DNA of 46,827 nucleotides from positions 1 through 46,827 of the forward strand of contig CAJWIK010000001.1 in the NCBI GenBank assembly GCA_913042105.1, given 5' to 3'. Position 1 is the stretch's first letter. Each line of letters starts with the position of its first letter. The notes below the pieces were generated by a model. The model was not told the DNA's origin. It worked only from the letters and a program-made list of their open reading frames with translations, and made no database searches. Positions 30,363 to 39,877 of this stretch are shown piece after piece. Position numbers and translations under genes: made by a program. This DNA is from an uncultured Gammaproteobacteria bacterium. Lineage in GTDB: Bacteria > Pseudomonadota > Gammaproteobacteria > Magnimaribacterales > Magnimaribacteraceae.

Positions 30363-30399
30363 ACATTAATTATAAGTTACAAACCTATCAACTTATAGC

Positions 30400-31992
30400 T
30401 TAGGCTATCGAAGCGGCTAATAGTTCTTTTGTATATTCGTGCTTTGGAGACTCAAATAATTCTTCTGTTGAACCTTCTTCAACTATATTTCCGTCTTTCA
30501 TTACATAAACGCGGTCAGATAAAAATCTGATCACTTTTAGGTCATGACTAATGCAAAGGTAGGCTAGTCCAAGTCTAGACTGTAGATCCTTCAAGAGATC
30601 TAGTATCTGCATTTGAATAGAAACATCTAAAGCAGATGTTGGTTCGTCTAATAAGATCAATTTAGGTTCCAATATTATTGCTCTTGCTATAGCCACTCTT
30701 TGCCTTTGTCCTCCAGAAAGCTCATGAGGAAATCGCGAGAAAGATGAAGGATCTAATTCAACATCTTTCAGGGCTTTTAGTATTTTTTCATTCCTTTTAG
30801 ATTTACTGAGAGATGGTTCATGGACTTTAAGGCCCTCGCCAATAATCTCTCCAATTGTCATCCTAGGAGATAGAGATCCAAAAGGATCTTGAAAGACTAT
30901 TTGGAAATCCTTTTTATATTTCCTTGTTTCACTAGTACTTAATTTATTGATATCTTTGTTATCAAAAACTATTAACCCATCGGATTCTTCAATTCCAAGC
31001 AGCGCTCTTGCTAAAGAAGATTTACCAGACCCAGACTCTCCCACTAATCCAGTCGTAGTTCCTGAAAATATATTGATATCAACTTTTTTGACTGCATTCA
31101 AATATTCGGTAATTTGGCCAAGAAAATTTTTCTTAATCGGATAATTAATGTCAACGTTTTTAGCTTCAAGAAGGATAACTTCTTGTTTATTTACAGCTTC
31201 TTTTTTTCCAGGAATAGAATTCAAAAGCTTGATGGTATAGGGGTGCTTAGGATTATCAAATAAAGCTTTTACTTCTCCGGATTCAACTATTTTGCCATCT
31301 TTCATAACGCAAACTTCGTCAGAAAACCTTTTAACTATATTGAGATCATGAGTGATAAAGAGTATCGACATACCAAATTCTGATTGAAGCTCAGATAATA
31401 ATTCAAGTAATGCTTTCTCAACAGTTACATCTAGAGCTGTGGTGGGTTCATCGGCAATTAAGAGTTCTGGTTCATTCGCTAAAGCCATCGCAATCATAAT
31501 TCTCTGCCTCTGGCCCCCAGATAATTGATGTGGATATGAGTCAACTTTTTTTTCTGGATCATAGATCTTAACCTTTTTGAGAAGATCTAAGGTCCTTTCT
31601 CTGGCTTTATTTTTACTCAGTTTTCTGTGGATTATCAGCGTCTCGTCTATTTGAAAACCAACTTTCTGATAAGGATTCAAAGATGTCATAGGCTCTTGAA
31701 AGATCATTGAAACTTTATTTCCCCTTAAAGAAGTTAAAAACTTCTTAGGAGATTCGAGGATTTCTTTATCTTCAAATTTTATCGAAGCATCTGCAGAATA
31801 CCTCACAGTTCCTTCAGGCAGGAGTTGAAGTATTGATAAAGCAGTAACTGATTTTCCAGAACCTGATTCGCCAACAATGGATAAGGTTTTTCCTTTTTCA
31901 ATAGCGAAAGAAATATTATCTACCGCCCTAAAGATTTTATCTTTAGATTCAAAGTCTACAATGAGATTATTTACTTCTAATATATTACCCAC
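30400..31992 (-). CDS. Fused double-NBD peptide ABC transporter ATPase (YejF-like)
   Basis: Two GESGSGKS Walker A motifs, FQEPMTSLNP, two LSGGQRQR signatures, DEPTTALD/DEPTSALD, HPYT motif; GTG start. Confidence 0.92.
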   Translation of the reverse strand: MGNILEVNNLIVDFESKDKIFRAVDNISFAIEKGKTLSIVGESGSGKSVTALSILQLLPEGTVRYSADASIKFEDKEILESPKKFLTSLRGNKVSMIFQEPMTSLNPYQKVGFQIDETLIIHRKLSKNKARERTLDLLKKVKIYDPEKKVDSYPHQLSGGQRQRIMIAMALANEPELLIADEPTTALDVTVEKALLELLSELQSEFGMSILFITHDLNIVKRFSDEVCVMKDGKIVESGEVKALFDNPKHPYTIKLLNSIPGKKEAVNKQEVILLEAKNVDINYPIKKNFLGQITEYLNAVKKVDINIFSGTTTGLVGESGSGKSSLARALLGIEESDGLIVFDNKDINKLSTSETRKYKKDFQIVFQDPFGSLSPRMTIGEIIGEGLKVHEPSLSKSKRNEKILKALKDVELDPSSFSRFPHELSGGQRQRVAIARAIILEPKLILLDEPTSALDVSIQMQILDLLKDLQSRLGLAYLCISHDLKVIRFLSDRVYVMKDGNIVEEGSTEELFESPKHEYTKELLAASIA

Positions 31993-32422
31993 GAGTCTGT
32001 ACTAAAAAATTAAAATTAATTGAGTCTCCATCAACAAATGAGAATGAACAAGGGAGATATTTGGAGTCAAATTCATTTAATCCCCAAAACATTATATGTT
32101 TTCCCCCAGGCACAAAAATGGTACTAGATTGAGACTCTAAAACAACAGAATTAGGCTTTGTCATCTTCATCAAACCCTTAGCATTGATTGTAGTTTCATG
32201 AATCTCTGCCCTTATTGGAGAGCAATCTATTGAGAGTATCTCAATATTTTCATTTGATTTATTGACGATACTTAAATATCCGCTTGTCATCATGGATCCT
32301 TTTAAGGGTACATATAAATGAGCATCCTTTATAATGACTTTAACTGGCGATGTTTCGGCGCAACTTATCACAATGAAAGAAAAGATAATTACAAAAAAAA
32401 CTTTAAAAAATTTATTATTCAT
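31985..32422 (-). CDS. Copper chaperone PCu(A)C family lipoprotein
   Basis: Lipobox VISC; SGYLSIVN; EIHET...GLMKM...PGGKHIM copper-binding H-M-H-M pattern. Confidence 0.85.
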   Translation of the reverse strand: MNNKFFKVFFVIIFSFIVISCAETSPVKVIIKDAHLYVPLKGSMMTSGYLSIVNKSNENIEILSIDCSPIRAEIHETTINAKGLMKMTKPNSVVLESQSSTIFVPGGKHIMFWGLNEFDSKYLPCSFSFVDGDSINFNFLVQTRG

Positions 32423-32843
32423 TAGTTATTGTTTATTCCACATTTCAAATATTTCTGCTGAACAAGGCTTTTTGAGTGAATTATCAAAAGAAAAAATTCC
32501 TTCAGCCGATGAAGCATTTATTTTTGAGGCCTACGGGCAGCAACATTCAGGCATCATACTTTCATGGATCATGAAAGAAAACTGCTTTCTTTACAAAGAT
32601 AAATTTGAGATTTCCGTAACGCCTTCATCTAATTTATCAATTAAGACTTTGGGTGAAGCTAAAAGAATAGACGATATTTATTTTGGAGAGGTAGACGTTT
32701 ACTTCAATTCAGTTAAGAAAGAATTAAATTTTGAACTTGAAAGTGAATTTATAGATATCTCCTATCAGGGATGTAATGCTCAAGGGTTCTGCTATCCAGT
32801 CATTACTAAAAGAATTGATATTAAAGAAGTAGATTATTTATAA
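32373..32843 (+). CDS. Stand-alone DsbD N-terminal (alpha, Ig-like) domain protein
   Basis: ADEAF, LSW....FLYKDK, DIYFGEVDVY, YQGCNAQGFCYP (nDsbD Cys pair). The ORF ends without TM or thioredoxin domains and lies upstream of aroQ-accBC. The start codon is uncertain. Confidence 0.8.
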   Translation: MKEKIITKKTLKNLLFISYCLFHISNISAEQGFLSELSKEKIPSADEAFIFEAYGQQHSGIILSWIMKENCFLYKDKFEISVTPSSNLSIKTLGEAKRIDDIYFGEVDVYFNSVKKELNFELESEFIDISYQGCNAQGFCYPVITKRIDIKEVDYL

Positions 32844-32903
32844 TTTTAATTTTTTTTTTATAATTTCATTTAAAATCGCCTAAAATCTACAAATTTCATT
32901 CAT

Positions 32904-33341
32904 ATGACTAAATACATGCTTCTTAATGGACCAAACTTAAATCTTTTAGGTACAAGAGAGCCTGAGATTTATGGCTCAGAAACATTACAAGACATAGAAA
33001 CAAACCTACTTGCTATAGCTAAAGAAGTGAATTGTGATCTCATTTGTCATCAAAGTAATGCTGAACATGAGCTTGTGGATTTAGTTCATTCAGCAAGAGA
33101 CAAAGAAGTTAAATGTATAATTATAAATCCAGGTGCGCTTACTCATAGTAGTATCGCCCTTAGGGATGCCTTATCTGGGGTAGGCATACCATTTATAGAG
33201 ATACACATCTCTAATATCTATGCTAGAGAAGATTTCAGACAAGTGTCATATTTATCTGACATTGCTCAAGGTGTTATTTCTGGTTTGGGTATTGAAGGAT
33301 ATGAGCTAGCTTTAAGAACTGCTTTCAAAAAGTTTAAATAA
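32904..33341 (+). CDS. aroQ: Type II 3-dehydroquinate dehydratase
   Basis: [45 protein letters not shown]. Confidence 0.98.
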   Translation: MTKYMLLNGPNLNLLGTREPEIYGSETLQDIETNLLAIAKEVNCDLICHQSNAEHELVDLVHSARDKEVKCIIINPGALTHSSIALRDALSGVGIPFIEIHISNIYAREDFRQVSYLSDIAQGVISGLGIEGYELALRTAFKKFK

Positions 33342-33352
33342 GGAGAGGGAAA

Positions 33353-33799
33353 ATGGATATAAGAAAAGTAAAAAAACTAATAGAAATGTTGGAGAATTCA
33401 AATTTAGAGGAAATTGAAATCCAAGAAGGAGAAGAATCTGTAAGACTTGTTAAAAGCCACGGGGCGACTCCCGCTGCTGCTCAATCATTTATTTTACCGC
33501 AAGAGGCTTCGGTTCAAGTTAGCGAAGATAGCAATCAAGAAGATGAGGAAATTGTTCAGGAAGGAAATTTAATTAATTCTCCTATGGTTGGAACTTTTTA
33601 TGCGTCGGCATCTCCAGGAACAAAACCATTTATTTCAGTTGGAGATCTAGTAGCTGAGGGAGATGTAGTTTGCATAGTAGAAGCCATGAAAATGATGAAT
33701 GAGATCAAATCTGAATTTTCAGGAACGGTACTTTCTGTCAATGTAGAAAATTCAGAACCAGTAGAATATGGCCAATCCCTTTTTGAAATTTCTAAATAA
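33353..33799 (+). CDS. accB: Acetyl-CoA carboxylase biotin carboxyl carrier protein
   Basis: [26 protein letters not shown] biotinylation site. Confidence 0.98.
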   Translation: MDIRKVKKLIEMLENSNLEEIEIQEGEESVRLVKSHGATPAAAQSFILPQEASVQVSEDSNQEDEEIVQEGNLINSPMVGTFYASASPGTKPFISVGDLVAEGDVVCIVEAMKMMNEIKSEFSGTVLSVNVENSEPVEYGQSLFEISK

Positions 33800-35133
33800 T
33801 GATTAATAAACTTTTAATCGCCAATAGAGGCGAAATAGCTTTGCGTATTTTGAGGGCAGCTAAAGAGCTAAAAATACCAACAGTTGCAGCATACTCCGAA
33901 GCTGATAAAGATCTGATGCATGTGAAGATGGCAGATGAATCTATTTGCATTGGTCCAGCTGACTCTGCTCAGAGTTATTTAAATATTCCAGCAATAATTA
34001 GTGCTATGGAGCTTTCGGGTGCCGATGGTGTTCATCCAGGATATGGTTTTCTATCTGAAAATCCTGACTTTGCAGAAAAAGTTGCGAAGAGTGGCTTTGA
34101 TTTTGTTGGCCCCCCAGCATCGGTAATAAGAATGATGGGTAATAAGATTTCAGCAAAGGAATTTGCGTTGAATTCTGGTCTACCTATAGTTCCAGGATCA
34201 AGTGGACCAATAGATCAAGATACACATAAAAAAGCTGAAGAAATTGGATACCCTGTAATAATAAAAGCAGCCTCAGGCGGCGGTGGAAGAGGCATGAGGA
34301 TAGTTCATTCTGCAGATGAATTAGATAATGCAATTGAGCTCACTCAGCAAGAATCAGCAGTCGCTTTTGGCGATTCAACTGTTTATCTTGAGAAATTCCT
34401 TGAAAGTCCGAGACATATAGAAGTTCAAGTTTTAGCCGATAGGCACGGCAATGTCCTGCATTTGGGAGACAGGGACTGTTCGATGCAAAGAAGGCATCAG
34501 AAGGTTATCGAAGAAGCTCCTGCTATGGGAATCAAAGAAAATAAAAGACAGGAAATATATGCTCAATGCATAGAGGCTTGTCGTCAATTAAATTATACGA
34601 GTGCAGGAACTTTTGAATTTTTATATGAAAATGATAATTTTTACTTCATAGAGATGAATACAAGAATTCAAGTTGAACATCCTGTAACGGAAAGTGTTAC
34701 AGGACTTGATTTAGTTAAACTTCAATTAAGAATTGCCAGAGATGAAGAGTTAAAAATTAAACAAGATGACATTGTCCTTAAAGGCCATGCTATTGAATGC
34801 AGAATAAATGCTGAAAATTCAGAAACTTATTTGCCTTCACCAGGTAAAATCCTTGAATATCATGCACCAGGAGGTATCGGAGTAAGAATGGACTCGCATC
34901 TATATAAAGATTACACGGTTCCTCCTTACTATGATTCACTTATTGCTAAAGTGATATGCAGGGCAAATGATAGAGAGGATGCAAGAGCAAGACTAGAAAG
35001 AGCATTAGATGAAATGTACGTTTTAGGAATAGATACAAATTTAGACATGCATAGAAAGTTGATTAAAGATCCCAACTTCATAAATGGAACTTTCAATATA
35101 AATTATCTGGAAAACCTCAATAAGGATAAATAA
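33799..35133 (+). CDS. accC: Acetyl-CoA carboxylase biotin carboxylase subunit
   Basis: [50 protein letters not shown]. Confidence 0.98.
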   Translation: MINKLLIANRGEIALRILRAAKELKIPTVAAYSEADKDLMHVKMADESICIGPADSAQSYLNIPAIISAMELSGADGVHPGYGFLSENPDFAEKVAKSGFDFVGPPASVIRMMGNKISAKEFALNSGLPIVPGSSGPIDQDTHKKAEEIGYPVIIKAASGGGGRGMRIVHSADELDNAIELTQQESAVAFGDSTVYLEKFLESPRHIEVQVLADRHGNVLHLGDRDCSMQRRHQKVIEEAPAMGIKENKRQEIYAQCIEACRQLNYTSAGTFEFLYENDNFYFIEMNTRIQVEHPVTESVTGLDLVKLQLRIARDEELKIKQDDIVLKGHAIECRINAENSETYLPSPGKILEYHAPGGIGVRMDSHLYKDYTVPPYYDSLIAKVICRANDREDARARLERALDEMYVLGIDTNLDMHRKLIKDPNFINGTFNINYLENLNKDK

Positions 35134-35135
35134 AA

Positions 35136-37583
35136 ATGTCAGAACAAGATCTTCCCTATGAACCGGAAGACATTGAAGAAGAGGTTCAGCGATATTGGCT
35201 AGAAAATGAGACCTTTTCTGTTACAGAGGATCCTAGTAAAGAAAAATTCTTCTGTTTAAGTATGTTTCCATATCCAAGCGGATCTATTCACATGGGCCAC
35301 GTAAGGAACTATTCAATTGGAGACGCAATTAGTAGGTTCCATAGAATGCTCGGGAAAAATGTGCTTCAGCCTATGGGCTGGGATGCTTTTGGCCTTCCAG
35401 CTGAGAATGCAGCCATCAACAACGAAGTACAGCCTTCTGAATGGACTCTTGAAAACATCAAGAGCATGAAAAAACAACTCACCAGACTGGGCTTTGCCTA
35501 TGATTGGAAAAGAGAGTTTGCGACATCGGATGCTAATTATTATAAGTGGGAACAATGGTTCTTCCAGCAAATGCTTGAAAAAGGTCTTGCCTATCAAGAA
35601 GAGGCTGAAGTTAATTGGGATCCTGTTGACCAAACTGTTCTAGCAAATGAGCAAGTTATAGATGGAAAAGGATGGAGATCAGGGGCAGATGTTGAGAAGA
35701 AGAGACTAAAGCAATGGTTCCTGAAGATTACAGACTATGCAGAAGAACTTCTTGAAGGAACAGATAAATTAGAAGGCTGGCCTGAGCAAGTAAAGGTCCA
35801 ACAAAAAAATTGGATAGGTAAGTCTGAGGGGATGAATTTTAGTTTTCAAGTGAAAAACAGTAAAGAAGCAATAAGCGTTTTTACAACAAGACCAGATACT
35901 ATAATGGGTGTTTCATTTATAGCAATATCCACTTCTCATTCCTTGTGTACAGGTCTTGCATCTGAAAGAAGTGATATCAATATATTTATTGAAAAACAAA
36001 ATAAAGTTAAGCAATCTGAAGCCGATTTTGCAAAACAAGAAAAAGAAGGTCTATTTACAGGCTTATATGCAGTTCATCCTTTCACTAAAGAAGAAATCCC
36101 TATTTGGATAGCAAATTTTGTTCTGAGTGACTACGGATCTGGAGCCTTGATGGCAGTACCAGCTCATGATCAAAGAGATTTTGAATTTGCTACAAAATAT
36201 AACTTACCTATTTTAAGAGTAATTCAGAATGATCGTGATGCAGAAGACCCCGAAGAAGCGATCTCTGAAAAAAATGTACTCATCAATTCAGGCGAATTTG
36301 ATGGTTTAAGTTTTGATGAAGCTTTTCTGGCAATCGAAGATAAAGCTAAAGAACTCAATTGTGGTAATAGAGAGACAAACTTTAGACTTAGAGACTGGGG
36401 TGTATCAAGACAGAGGTATTGGGGAACTCCTATTCCTGTTGTGACTGACGGTGAAAGCAATTATATGGCTTATGATCTACCTGTAGAACTTCCTAGTAAA
36501 GTTGAATTTAAAGGGGTAAGTTCTCCGTTGAAAGATATGCCTGAATTTCTGGAAGTAACGCAAGATGGGAAAGATCTCTTCAGAGAAACTGATACATTTG
36601 ATACTTTTTTTGAATCTTCATGGTACTACGCTAGATTTGCAAGTTTCGATAGTAGTGAATCTATGCTGGATGAAAGAGCTAAATACTGGCTTCCTGTTGA
36701 TCAGTATATTGGGGGTATTGAACATGCCGTTCTTCATCTCCTTTATTCAAGATTCTTTTTTAGATGCATGAGAGATATGGGCTTGGTTGATGGAGATGAG
36801 CCTTTTGACAATCTTCTTTGCCAAGGGATGGTTTTAAAAGACGGAGCCAAGATGTCAAAATCAAAAGGCAATACCGTTGACCCTCAAGGTTTAATAGAAA
36901 AATATGGTGCAGATACAGTAAGACTCTTTGTAATGTTTGCAGCCCCTCCGGAACAATCTTTGGAGTGGTCAGATCAAGGAGTACAAGGTGCCCATAGATT
37001 CATCAACAGAATTTGGAGATTAGTTAATAAACATATTGACTCTGGAGTTCCTGAAAACAAAGAAATAATGTCTTCTGATGAGAAGATAAAAAAAGTACGA
37101 TCAAAGACTCATAAAACTCTCGCAAAAGTGAAAGACGACTATATGAGGAGACACAGCTTTAATACTGCTATTGCATCAGTAATGGAGCTCTCCAATGAGA
37201 TTCCTAAAGAATTTTTAGAGGTTCAGGCTGATCAAGAAATGCGTGCAACTGCTCATGAGGCAATTGAATCAATTCTTTTAATGCTCGCCCCTATAACACC
37301 TCATTTGTGTCAACATCTATGGTGGCAACTTCATCCTTCAGAATCAATTGTAGATAAGAAATGGCCAGAGGCTGAAAAGATCCTTTTAGAAGACGATACT
37401 CTTAATATTGCCATTCAAATTAATGGTAAGCTCAGATCTGAAATTGAGATCAATAAAAATACTTCTGAAGAAGAAGTGAAATCAACTGCACTTTTGGATG
37501 ATAAAGTAAAAAAATATTTAGAGGACAAAGAAGTCAGAAAGATAATCTATGTTCCTGGAAAAATTCTCAATATCGTTTTATGA
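35136..37583 (+). CDS. leuS: Leucine--tRNA ligase
   Basis: MFPYPSG, HMGH, FTTRPDT editing domain, GGIEHA, KMSKS. Confidence 0.99.
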   Translation: MSEQDLPYEPEDIEEEVQRYWLENETFSVTEDPSKEKFFCLSMFPYPSGSIHMGHVRNYSIGDAISRFHRMLGKNVLQPMGWDAFGLPAENAAINNEVQPSEWTLENIKSMKKQLTRLGFAYDWKREFATSDANYYKWEQWFFQQMLEKGLAYQEEAEVNWDPVDQTVLANEQVIDGKGWRSGADVEKKRLKQWFLKITDYAEELLEGTDKLEGWPEQVKVQQKNWIGKSEGMNFSFQVKNSKEAISVFTTRPDTIMGVSFIAISTSHSLCTGLASERSDINIFIEKQNKVKQSEADFAKQEKEGLFTGLYAVHPFTKEEIPIWIANFVLSDYGSGALMAVPAHDQRDFEFATKYNLPILRVIQNDRDAEDPEEAISEKNVLINSGEFDGLSFDEAFLAIEDKAKELNCGNRETNFRLRDWGVSRQRYWGTPIPVVTDGESNYMAYDLPVELPSKVEFKGVSSPLKDMPEFLEVTQDGKDLFRETDTFDTFFESSWYYARFASFDSSESMLDERAKYWLPVDQYIGGIEHAVLHLLYSRFFFRCMRDMGLVDGDEPFDNLLCQGMVLKDGAKMSKSKGNTVDPQGLIEKYGADTVRLFVMFAAPPEQSLEWSDQGVQGAHRFINRIWRLVNKHIDSGVPENKEIMSSDEKIKKVRSKTHKTLAKVKDDYMRRHSFNTAIASVMELSNEIPKEFLEVQADQEMRATAHEAIESILLMLAPITPHLCQHLWWQLHPSESIVDKKWPEAEKILLEDDTLNIAIQINGKLRSEIEINKNTSEEEVKSTALLDDKVKKYLEDKEVRKIIYVPGKILNIVL

Positions 37584-38077
37584 AGGTTTCATCTTTTATT
37601 TATTTAAAATCAATTTTTGCAATCACTTTTCTTTTAAGTTCTTGCGGATATGAATTAAGAACTTATTCTAATTCTCTTGATAACCAAGCCATTCAATTGG
37701 TTGCATCCGACACAACTCTTAATATTGAATTAGAAAATCAACTTAGACTGGGACGTAACTTAATTACATCTCAAGATTCTAAATCTGCCATCTCAATCAA
37801 AGTATTGCAACATGATATTAAACGCTTTGTTGGTTCCAGTGGCTCTGGAGCGAGAACAACACAAGTAAGACTAGATTATAAAATTATTTATACTGTAGAA
37901 ATAAATAGAAAAACTCAAAAAGAGTATTTGTTTGAAGACACTCGTTACATTGATTTTAATCAATCTGATTTACTTGCCTTTGAAGCCGAAGAAGAAATAT
38001 CAACCCAAGACTTCATCGGGAAGAGCATAAGAAACATGGAATTCATTCTTTCATCCTTACTAAATGAAACTAAGTAA
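37580..38077 (+). CDS. lptE: LPS assembly lipoprotein LptE
   Basis: Lipobox LSSCGYELR; position between leuS and holA. Confidence 0.85.
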   Translation: MKVSSFIYLKSIFAITFLLSSCGYELRTYSNSLDNQAIQLVASDTTLNIELENQLRLGRNLITSQDSKSAISIKVLQHDIKRFVGSSGSGARTTQVRLDYKIIYTVEINRKTQKEYLFEDTRYIDFNQSDLLAFEAEEEISTQDFIGKSIRNMEFILSSLLNETK

Positions 38078-39035
38078 GGCTCATTTCTATAAGGATACTG
38101 AAGAGAACTTTCAAAGCACATATTCGTTTTTTGCAGATGAGTCGATTCAAATTTCTGAGTTAACGGATCACGTCATTAAAATTAGTAAGTCCAAAGGATT
38201 TGAAGAGAAGCAAACACATATAATTACAAAAGACTCAGATTGGGCTTTCCTTAGTTCAGAAAATGAGAATCTTGATCTATTTGGATCAAAAAAAATTATA
38301 GAGATTAAACTCTTAGGAATCGGACCTGGAAATAAGGGATCAAAAGCAATCAAAGATTACTGTTTATCTCCAGATCAGAGCAAATTACTTATCGTGCATG
38401 CTGAAAGGTTAGATAAAAAACAGCAAACTAGTGCATGGGCAAAGGCCTTAGAATCTAGCGGGGTTCTTATCGTGGAGCCTCCAATAAATAAAAACTCTAT
38501 GCCAAGTTGGATAAAAGGAAAATCACAGGATCTCAACATAAATATTACTGAAGAAGCTATTCATCTTTTAGCAGAAAAAACGGAAGGTAATTTATTAGCG
38601 ACTTCTCAAGAGCTTATGAAGCTAGTATTACTTTTTCCCAGTCAAGACATCTCTATCGAGGATATGGAAGAATCAATTTCTAATGCTTCAAAATTTGGTA
38701 TTTTTGATCTCTCTAATTCTCTTTTGACAGGCAATAAACAAAGAACGGTCAGGATTATAGAGACGCTTAAAGCAGAAGGTACTCAGCCACCTCTGATTCT
38801 TTGGGCTTTATCAAAAGAAATAAATAATTTATACAAAGTTATTGAAGATGGTTCTTCTAAGAACATATGGGGTCCAAGATATTATCTAGATTTGTTATCT
38901 GATAAAGCAAATAAAATGCCTAGAGCCAAAATAACAAAATCTCTTAAAGATATTGCCGAGATCGATGCTGCTATAAAAGGTCTCTCTGATAAAAGTCCCT
39001 GGCAATCTATTAGGGATTTAGCTTTACATTTCTAG
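38064..39035 (+). CDS. holA: DNA polymerase III delta subunit
   Basis: LDLFGSKKIIEI, EGNLLATSQELMKL, KFGIFDL, IDAAIKG; leuS-lptE-holA synteny. Confidence 0.93.
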   Translation: MKLSKAHFYKDTEENFQSTYSFFADESIQISELTDHVIKISKSKGFEEKQTHIITKDSDWAFLSSENENLDLFGSKKIIEIKLLGIGPGNKGSKAIKDYCLSPDQSKLLIVHAERLDKKQQTSAWAKALESSGVLIVEPPINKNSMPSWIKGKSQDLNINITEEAIHLLAEKTEGNLLATSQELMKLVLLFPSQDISIEDMEESISNASKFGIFDLSNSLLTGNKQRTVRIIETLKAEGTQPPLILWALSKEINNLYKVIEDGSSKNIWGPRYYLDLLSDKANKMPRAKITKSLKDIAEIDAAIKGLSDKSPWQSIRDLALHF

Positions 39036-39037
39036 CT

Positions 39038-39868
39038 TCAAATAAATTTTAAAACTTTGTACCAAATTGAATCTTCAAGATTCTTGCTCGGTAAAGTATA
39101 TTCATTTATCTTTGAAACAGGCTGCACTTCCTTGGTAGAACTTGTAATCCATACCTCTTCTGCAGCCAGGAATTGCTCTATAGATATTTCTGTTTCGTGA
39201 ACGTCGATATCATTATTTCTCATTTCTTTAATGATGTGTCCGCGCGTAATTCCAGGGAGAATGTTCTGATCTAATGAAGGCGTTAAGACTTTACCTTTAT
39301 GAAAAATAAACACATTCGATTTTGAACCTTCATTAATAATTCCATCTTTATGAAAGATAATCTCATCGACCTTGGGCTTGTTCGGGTCATTAATCGGCAA
39401 AGTATTTCCTAGAAGAGCTATAGTCTTGATATCACATCTATGCCATCTAATATCTTCTTCTAGTCTTACTTTTATGCCTTCTTGGTTAGGATCTATCCTA
39501 TAAGGATTTTTTTGAAGCTCTTGGGAGGTGACGAAAACTGTTGGGTGCATTTTCTTCTCTACAGCGTGAGCTCTTACCTCATCGACACCTCTAGTAACCT
39601 GGATATAAAAAGATTGATTTAAGAATTTATTCTTCTTTTGAAGCTCGAGTAAAATCTTATCTAAATTTTTAATCTCATCTGTGAGAGGAATAAAAGTTAA
39701 TTCCAAAGAAGCCTTTAACCTTTTTAAATGTTCATCAAAAAGGAATAATTGATTGTCATAACAAGGAATCACCTCATAGACGCCATCACCGAAAGTAAAT
39801 CCTCTATCTAAGGGAGAAATTCTAGCCTCGTTTTCCTTTAGTATTTGACCGTTTAGATATACCCACAT
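39038..39868 (-). CDS. dat: D-amino-acid aminotransferase (PLP fold IV)
   Basis: DRGFTFGDGVYEV, QVTRG....RAH (RxH motif of D-AAT), RCDIKT, EGSKSN, ILPGITR. Confidence 0.85.
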   Translation of the reverse strand: MWVYLNGQILKENEARISPLDRGFTFGDGVYEVIPCYDNQLFLFDEHLKRLKASLELTFIPLTDEIKNLDKILLELQKKNKFLNQSFYIQVTRGVDEVRAHAVEKKMHPTVFVTSQELQKNPYRIDPNQEGIKVRLEEDIRWHRCDIKTIALLGNTLPINDPNKPKVDEIIFHKDGIINEGSKSNVFIFHKGKVLTPSLDQNILPGITRGHIIKEMRNNDIDVHETEISIEQFLAAEEVWITSSTKEVQPVSKINEYTLPSKNLEDSIWYKVLKFI

Positions 39869-39877
39869 CCGGTTTTA

